NCBI RefSeq assembly: GCF_009914755.1
Contig: NC_060931.1
Source: the human T2T-CHM13v2.0 reference genome, Homo sapiens
Length of the DNA: 64,000 nucleotides
Reading direction: 5' to 3' (one strand)
The notes beneath the pieces are model-generated. The model was not told the DNA's origin, made no database searches, and saw only the letters and a list, made by a program, of their open reading frames with translations. A program made the translations under genes and the position numbers. Position 1 is the first letter of the stretch. The number at the start of each line of letters is the position of its first letter. Below are positions 56,061 to 64,000 of this stretch, piece by piece.

Positions 56061-56804
56061 TTTTTTATGTATTGAAATTGTAGGGGTCAGTGGGCTTGTG
56101 GTGGTGGTAGGGGCAGATTTACAAGTAAACAAGTATATCACAATGGTAAGTGCTTTCATAAAACTATAAATATAACATGTAAACTGTTGAATCTACATAA
56201 GAAAAAGGCAAAAGTAAAAATACTTAAATCATTCTTAGGCTCTCCTATAGAAAATATAATATTTAGCAGTTCTTTCCAGGAAAAACACTCCCTTAACACA
56301 CACATATGCACACACATGCACACACACATACACACCCCAAACCAACCTAACTTGCTGTAGACACACTGTTAAAGCTCTAGCAAAGACCACAAGGCAGGTG
56401 GTAGACTCTGCAAAACTTAACACAATGATTTTTCTTCTTCCAACTCAAATAATAGGAGAGAAATTTCACGTAAAGGTGAATAATCAGTCCCTGAGAAGGA
56501 AAAAAAAAAAAGGCCTAGGGATGTTTAGGTATCTGGAAACCTGGAATTGATTAATAAGACAAAAGAACAAATATAGTTATTTTACCAAGTCATTTAGAGA
56601 TAGCAACAAGTCATTTTTTTCTGGGATTTGGGGTTCCTCCCAGATATTTCTTATAGAGGGAGCTAAACCCGAAGGAGTGTACCAAATAGTAAATGAAATC
56701 TTCCTTTGTCAAGAGCTAACTAGGAGTTGTTTTTGTTAAGCTTCTGGGAAGAGATGGCTTTGACCAGGTGGCCTTTTAGAGGCCTCTTGCTTCCAGCTTG
56801 CACA

Positions 56805-57116
56805 CTTTTGTTTGGTTGGTTGGTTGGTTTTTGAAACAGGGTCTCACTCTGTCACCCAGGCTGGAGAGCAGTAGTACAGTCATGGCTCACTGCAGCCTTG
56901 ATCTTCTGGACTCAGATGATCCTCCCAACTCAGCCTCCCAGGTAGCTGGGACCACAGGCATGTGCTACCACACCCACCTAATTTTTTTGTATTTTTTGTA
57001 GAGACAGGGTTTTGCCATGTTGGCCATGCTGGTCTCAAACTCCTGGGCTCAAGCGATCAGCTTGCCTCGGCCTCCCAACATGTTGGATTTATAGATGCAA
57101 GTCACCGTACCTGGCC
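56805..57116 (-). mobile_element. AluJ with a (TTGG)n-modified tail
   Basis: catggctcactgcagccttga...ctcctgggctcaagcgatc; TSD cttgcaca. Confidence 0.9.
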
Positions 57117-57367
57117 CTTGCACAACTTTCAATATTAGGTGGCTGATTCAGCTGGGCCAGTTAGAACCTCACTTATATACCAGTTATTGGTGAAGAAGGT
57201 AGAATAGAGAAAGAGAAGTATGTTTACCGCCTAGCAGATGGAACACACAGGAAGGGGTACCAAGCACACCCCCCTTGAATGCACAGTGACCCCTGCATAT
57301 TAGTAAGATATAATATAATCTCAGAGGCTTGACTAGATTAAAAAGCTGTCCTTATTTGAAGCAGAAT

Positions 57368-57873
57368 TGTGGGATATGATGAGGTTTCTCTTCAAATAAT
57401 CTGATCAATCTTTTATTCTTTAATTCATAATACTCTCCACCCCTTTTCCCTTTTTCTCCTTTTTTTCCTTTTTGCCTTTGTTAGATACCCAGGCATGCCA
57501 CAGTACCAGACATTATCAGTACTGGCTCACATTCCTTACCTTATTTGGAAAGAGGACTAATTTTCTAGCTCATTACAGACACCCCTTCCCCTTCCTCTCC
57601 ACTTCCTTTTAAGTGCCCACCTTATCTTAAAAAAATCAAATGTTTAGCCAACCGGGATTAGTTTAGATTGTACAACCTTACCCTGGCCAATGAGGAAAGG
57701 GTATGGGGCAGGACTTGCATCAGGAATAAAGACTCTCGTACCCCTTTGTTCAGGTGTGCTCTCATGGCAACTGGCCAAGGAGGCACCCCTCTGCGCAGAA
57801 GTAAAATTGTTTTTCTAAGAATCCTTTGTTCCAGTGTTCAATTTCGTTAGGATTTTGAGCGTTATTCCTAACA
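57368..57873 (+). mobile_element. LTR10 solo LTR (HERV-I; LTR10D/E-like)
   Basis: tgtgggatatgatgaggtttctcttcaaataatctgatcaatc...ttcctaaca; 5-bp TSD agaat; CCAAT, AATAAA and AGTAAA motifs in LTR order. Confidence 0.88.
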
Positions 57874-58041
57874 AGAATTAATAGGGTGGAAGGAGTATGA
57901 GCAGAGGCGCCAAAGTATAAGTGCAGAAAGAACTTTCTCCAACAGCCAGCATGACAAGAAATTTGTAAACAGCAAGTGATAGAAGTGTTTTGATACATAG
58001 AACATAAATAATAGGAAATTTAAGATTTCTCTTTAAGTGAA

Positions 58042-58415
58042 TGATATAGTTTGGCCGTGTCCCCACCCAAATCTCATCTTGAATTGTAACTCCCACAATT
58101 CCCACCTGTTGTGGAAGGAAACCAGTGGGAGGTGATTGAATTATGGGTTGGGGGGGTCTTTCCTGCACTGTACTCATGATAGTGAATGAGTCTCACGAGA
58201 TCTGATGGTTTTAGAAATGGGAATCTCCCTGCACAAGCTCTCTTTTTTTGCCTGCTGCCATCCATGTAAGATGTGACTTGCACCTCCTTGCCTTCTGCCA
58301 TGATTGTGAGGCCTCCCCAGCCATGTGGAACTGTAAATCCATTAAACCTCTTTCCTGTATGAATTTCCCAGTCTTGGGTATGCCTTTATCAGCAGTGTGA
58401 AAATGAACTAATACA
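58042..58415 (+). mobile_element. THE1B-like MaLR solo LTR
   Basis: tgatatagtttggccgtgtccccacccaaatctcatcttgaattgtaactccc...aactaataca; TSD gtgaa/gcgaa. Confidence 0.93.
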
Positions 58416-58461
58416 GCGAAAAATAAAAAAGTCAGAGATAAGTTATAATTTATGTTATAGT

Positions 58462-58906
58462 CATGAAGCCCAAATATCTGAGACAGGTCTCAGTAAATCT
58501 AGGAAGTTTATTTTGCCAAATTTAAGAATGTGTGCCCATGACGCAGCCTCAGGAGATTCTGACAACATGTGCCCAAGGTGGTCGGGGTGCAGCCTTGTTT
58601 TATACATTAAGGACACATGCAACGTCAATACATGTAAGATGTACATTGGTTTGGTCCAGAAAGGTGGGACAGTTCGAAGTGGGACGGGGCTTTGTGTTCA
58701 TAGGTAGATAAGAGACAAAGGGTTGCATTCTTTTGAGTTTCTGATTAGCCTTTCCAAAGGAGGCAGTCAGATATGCATCTATCTCAGTGAGCAGAGGGAT
58801 GACTTTGAATAGAATGGGAGGCAGGTTTGCCCTGAGCAGTTTCCAGCTTCGCTTTCTCCCTTTAGATTAGTGAATTGGGGGTCCCAAGATTTATTTTCCT
58901 TTCACA
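58462..58906 (-). mobile_element. MER4A1-like ERV1 solo LTR
   Basis: aaatatctgagacaggtctcag...aagatttattttcctttcaca; 4-bp TSD tagt. Confidence 0.88.
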
Positions 58907-61792
58907 TAGTTTAGTTGGTGAATGTTTTTAATTAGTCCCTGGGTAAGTATATTTTTAAAAATCATGCTATAGTTCATATATTTGTCTAAAGTGCATTAGT
59001 TAAATATTTATGTGATTATATATTTATATTGTCGGCTTTTTATGGAGTCATTTTATAGAAATCATCATAAATGAATGGAATGGAAGCTATCTTTACTCTT
59101 TCTCAACCAGCTTTATCTAGGGAAAACCAAGCTAACTGGCTCATGAAACTATTGACCAGATTAACTTCATGATTACTAACCCAATTATAGACCTTGTGCC
59201 TGGGTAGAAATAATTAATTGCCTTAGTGCTAGCTTAGCAAATGCAAATACCTCAATTAGTAGCAAAAATTCTATGCTTATTTCAATTCTGTTTCCTTATT
59301 TCTTTCAGGTTCTGGACATGTAGGCACAGGCTAGTTTACTTACATGATGGAAATATAATATAGCAGACAGGCAATGTTTTAACCAAACTCATACACATGG
59401 GATAATTATTCTAAGTCATAAATCTTTTTAATAAAAGCCTGATTGTGTATAGTTAGCCTACATTATTAATTTTCCCCAGCTAGCATTGGTATTCTCTATC
59501 ATATAAAGGCTAGACTTCAATAGAATGTTAAGGCTGGAAGGTATACCTTGGAAATTAATTTCTTCGCTGGAGTCAAGTTCAACACATTAAGTGCTTTGTC
59601 TAAGATGACATATCTGGTAAATAGCAGATCCAATAGTAGAATCTAGGCCCTTCTCCTTCTGGCCAATTCTATTTTTGTTCTACCTGTTAACCTTTCATGT
59701 GCTGGATGGTTTATTTATATTGGATTTTAACAGCACCGACACTTGTACTGTAAAATAAATATTTTGTTCTGCTGAAGTTCCCGAAAAGTAACATCTTAAA
59801 CCACCTCCTACTTAGGGTGACTTTGCCTTTCCTTTTGCTCCTCTCTCTAAAGGCCGAACACGTTTCACTCCAAAACCAAATAACGCACATTTCTCTCCTA
59901 ATTTATGGTTTTCAAAATTTCAGAGTGTTTTTTTTTCCCCTTGCTGTCCAGAATGCTGTCTGAAAAGTCACAATGATTTAAATAATTGATGGCTACTTTA
60001 TGAAATCGTCAGCCTGGATCCATCCTCCTGCCTCCCTCAACCGCAAGTCCTTGAGCAGCTAATCCTTTTATGTTGGATGCTTTATTTTTCCCTTCCTGGT
60101 TTCATTTAGATAATTATATTATTCACCCTGGAATATAATTGCCGTTATACTGTGGGGGATGTGGGAGTGAAGTAGGGTGGGAGCTGCCTGCTGCTGGCAT
60201 CTGCAGGTTGTAAAATGTCTGTTACACTCTAGCCTCTAATTTTTTTGCCATCCCACCTTTTAAAGATTTAATTATACCTGTGTAAAAGCATAATTTGAAA
60301 TCTGACTTATTATTCTTTTGGAAGATAAAAAAGATTAATCCATTGTTAAACATGAATAAGCATGGTACAATGGAAAAAACTTTGGCCTGGAATTCAATTG
60401 AACTAACAATTTTTGAATGCCTACTATGTGCCAGGGACAGTACTAAAAATTAGGAAGTGCGAAAATTTAAAGAAAAGGACTGTCCTCTAGGAGGGTTCAT
60501 CCTGGTGATCTCCTACTAACTTGTGACATGTCTTTGCACAGTACACTTAATCTGTCTGGGCCTCAATTTTCTCATCTCTAAGCAGAGGGTATTGGACCTC
60601 TTCTGCATTTTCTCCTAGCTCTAACATTTGGCAGTGCTCCAAAAAAGACCATAAAATAGCAGCCACATTGCTTCTTTGTCAGATTTAATTGGAAGAATAG
60701 GGAGTGGTAAAAGGTTTAAATTTTCTGTGGCAGAAGTCATTTTGTCATCTGTGATTTCAGCTCTTTGACAAATGATTCCTTTATCTTGAATGCATTTTCT
60801 TCCTGCTAAGTCCTCCATGCCCAAAACAGGGTGTCTTTGGAGGCAGAAGGTAACAATCTCTGAGTAACTGAAAGTTATCAAAGCAGCAAAACTTTCTCTT
60901 TCAGATTATTGCCTGACATCTTCTTAGCTCGTGAAGCTGTTTTTCCAGTGAGGATTCTAATTCTAACGTGGTTTTCACAAGCCTAAGTTTCACTGTTTAT
61001 TGGTTAGAAGAGAGAGTCACAAAAATGGGTTTTGTTCTTCTTTGTATGTTATGGTTTTCTCTTTGGAGGTGTCTAAGTTGGATAAGGTAAAACTTCCTAA
61101 CTCAAAAACTTAGAAAACTTAAGGATATTGAATGTAAATACAGTAGAGCAGGCTTTGCAACTTTAAGAGGAAATGCTGTTCATCTCTGTCAGACCCTTAC
61201 AGCGCTGGATAAAGTAAACCCCAAATGACAGCATATAGCCTGTTACAAATGGAACACAAATAACACATGATAAAATAGAGATTTAGAGTGGATTTTATAA
61301 CATGTTTATTTTCAGGGAGCAAATCATAACCCATTTGCCTTATTGGAAAAACAATTTTCCTGTTACACAGGGAGAATGGAGTATTTAAAAAGGAAATGAA
61401 TATGACAACCAAATGGACTTGATTGAAATCAGCAAATTTGTTTCTTATTTACTCGTTGTTTTTGTACTAGAGAGAATGATATGGGGCCCAGACCATCTCT
61501 CAGCGGTAATGGTTCTTTTATGAAAGAAAGAAAACAAAATACCTAGCCATCTGAGTTAAAGTAGTTTTCACATGTCCTGTAGTCTCTAGGGGTATAAATT
61601 GATGCTGTTTAATAGAAATCTCTCCCCTTCATCTGCAATATTAATGTGTTCCCTAATTTGTAATCCACTTCCTTTTCTCTCATCTTTATAAAAATCTTTG
61701 CAAGCAGCCCTCTTCTCTGCTGCCTAATAATAAAATATTGTGAGTCTAGTAATAATCCCACCCCCTTTTTGGTGAGTTTATTTCTCTTTATA

Positions 61793-61955
61793 CCAGTGCT
61801 TCTAAAGTTTTAATATTCACTTTCATCACCAGGCACATCTTAAAATGCACATTCTGATCCAGTCAGTCTGGTTGCAGCCTCATGTTTTGCATTTTGAACA
61901 AGCACTCAGGTAATAGCTATGCTGCAAGTCCATGGTACTACTTTACAGTAGCAAG
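61793..61955. mobile_element. MER5A-like MITE
   Basis: cagtgcttctaaagttttaa...aaaatgcacattctgatccagtcagtctgg...ttttgcattttgaacaagc. Confidence 0.7.
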
Positions 61956-61964
61956 GCTGTAGAC

Positions 61965-62178
61965 CAGGAGTCAGCAAAGTTTTTCTGAATAGAGCCAGAA
62001 AGTTAATATTTTCAGCCTTGTGGTTTATATCGTCTCTGTTTGATTGTGCCATCGTAGTATAAGAGCAATCATAGATAATATGTAAATGAATGAGCATGGC
62101 TGCATTTCAGTACAATTTTATTTACAAAACAATGTGGCAGCTGGATTTGGCTTGCAGGCTGTAGTTTGCCAACCCCTG
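61965..62178 (+). mobile_element. MER58A (hAT-Charlie)
   Basis: caggagtcagcaaagtttttctg...gctggatttggcttgcaggctgtagtttgccaacccctg. Confidence 0.88.
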
Positions 62179-63074
62179 CTTAGGCAATGTATTTGAAGTG
62201 ATTTGTTGTTATTTTTAATGTAAAGGTTGTCATCCATATGTCTACATGGGATTGTTTTATAATGGTGTTAGGCATACATACAATGAGTAGAGTTTCATTC
62301 ATGGTATACCTAGGTATTATGCAAGAAAAATTTTAAGTCAATTAACAAGATACCTTTTTTCCTCTAGAGAACTTAGAATAAGGTGAGAGGCATAATGGCT
62401 TAGCTCTATTGTGGCATAATAGTGCCAGCGTTTTGAAAAATCACTTCTTTGGCAAACAGTCGTTTATACTTGTATATTGCTGTGTGCCTGCCTTTCCCCG
62501 AACTCTGACTTTTTCCTGCATATGTGCATTTCTTTTATCCCATCCCTTGCCATATCATTTGGCTCTGATCCTATTTGGATAATGAGATAGTTTGTTGTGC
62601 CTGCAATGAAGAAAATGATTTTAAATGTTTTTTAATAAGTTAACAGGAGCAAGTCTTGAAATTACTGTAATGAGATAATGACAGTGTAGCATATTGCTTT
62701 GAAGATTGTGCTCTGGTGAAAAATGTATGCTCTTAATAAATTCATTTTCACTGTATTTTCCTCAACAAAGTTGTTTAGCATTTGCCTATTTGCCTACCAG
62801 TAATAGGGAAATGGTCATAGGAGTTGGTAGTCAATAAAGAATGAAGACCAAAGTTGATACTCAAGTAAGAATTCTTTTGAGCTTTAAGGTATCAGCCATG
62901 GAGGACTTGTACCAAGACCGGAATCCTGTAGTGACAGGTGCTTTATAGGAATATTAAAATCCAGAACCTCAGACCACTATGTTAGTTTCATCTTTTTAAT
63001 TTGTTCATTACTGCAGATCACATGTATTTCCTTTCTTTGAAGTTCTAAGTATTACACTTGAAAGTTTCTAACAG

Positions 63075-63370
63075 TTCATGCACTTATTTAGCCAACATGT
63101 ATCATGTGTATATATTCAATCCATAGCACAGTCTCAGACACTGGGGCAACAGAGGTGAAGGAGACCTGAGTCCTGCCCTCAAGTTTATTAGAGAAGGGCA
63201 GATATACTAATAAATCAATGTTATATCTGCCATGATCTACACATGTATATGACACATTGGGAGTTCAGGAGACAGTGGTCAGTTCTACCTTGAAGGTCAT
63301 TTTAAAAAGATTCCATAAAGAAGATGATGCTTAAGCTGAATCTAGAAAGGTAGATAGATTCCAAATAAAG
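63075..63370 (-). mobile_element. L2 fragment
   Basis: gacactggggcaacagagg...gtcctgccctcaag...aagaagatgatgcttaagctgaatct. Confidence 0.65.
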
Positions 63371-63464
63371 GAAAAAGTATTAACAAAGATATAGTGGCAT
63401 ACCTTATTGAGGGGAATAGATACATTTTCATATATACCTATAATCGAATCTGATACAGCAGTGA

Positions 63465-63720
63465 GAGTGAATGGATGTACTGCATGTTATACATAGCTTG
63501 CATGAATCTAACAGTGTTGAAAGAAGCAAGACACAAAAGAATATGTAAAATTTGATTCTATTCGTAACAGGCAAAATTAAGCTATATAGTATAGGGATGC
63601 ATATCTAAGTGGTAAAATCATAAAGGATAGCAACAACAACAAAAATCTATTACAAAGGTTACCTCAGATAGGAAGGGAGAAGATTTTGATTGGGCAGGAG
63701 AGCACTTGGGATAATGGAAA
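63465..63720 (+). mobile_element. L1ME-type 3' fragment
   Basis: gcatgaatctaacagtgttgaaagaagcaagacacaaaagaata...aacaggcaaaattaa. Confidence 0.6.
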
Positions 63721-63721
63721 G

Positions 63722-64000
63722 TTTTATTTATTATTTTTTATTGTATTTTATTTATTTATTTATTTATTTATTTTGAGATGGAGTCTCGCTCTGTCCCCCA
63801 GGCTGGAGTGCAGTGGCGCAATCTCAGCTCACTGCACGATTCTCCTGCCTCAGCCTCTTGAGTAGCTGGGACTACAGGCACGCTCCACCACACCTGGCTA
63901 TTTTTTGTATTTTTAGTAGAGACGGAGTTTCACCATGTTGGACAGGATGGTCTCCATCTCCTGGCCTCACGATCCACCTGCCTCAGCCTCCCAAAGTGCT
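63722..64000 (-). mobile_element. AluS, cut by the window end, with a small right-arm deletion
   Basis: (TTTA)n tail; ctcactgca^cgattctcctgcc. Confidence 0.92.

Noticed and set aside
59280-59320. Strong-looking acceptor tttccttatttctttcag|gttctg
   Set aside because: No good donor at the junction or nearby and no Sec8-like reading frame; such acceptors are common in long introns

Overview
This is primate, almost certainly human, genomic DNA: AT-rich, CpG-poor, with 15 Alus. It lies inside the large EXOC4 (Sec8, exocyst) gene on the + strand. The only protein-coding sequence is one 220-bp internal exon at 40619-40838 ([23 protein letters not shown]...VQRPLLQ), recalled as exon 11, c.1515-1734. 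The rest is intron: Alu, L1, L2, MIR and MamSINE1 copies, solo LTRs (LTR12F-like, MLT1, LTR33, LTR10, THE1B, MER4A1), DNA transposons (MER1B, MER2B, Tigger, MER5, MER58, MER103C), microsatellites and unique non-coding blocks. The other ORFs in the track are chance or Alu-derived. I see no new multi-gene system. The best leads are: (1) an L2-derived branch point / pyrimidine tract / TAG-AAG|GTAAGT site, a candidate recursive splice site or 3-nt microexon; (2) an ~810-bp foldback element with ~185-bp inverted arms that I cannot assign to a family; (3) a ~260-bp local duplication whose two copies carry different Alu subfamilies at the same junction; (4) a sense LTR12F with 8 CCAAT boxes upstream of the exon; (5) a candidate poison exon in a motif-rich block; (6) a perfect 53-bp tandem duplication. 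Repeat subfamily names are from memory of consensus sequences, not from a RepeatMasker run.
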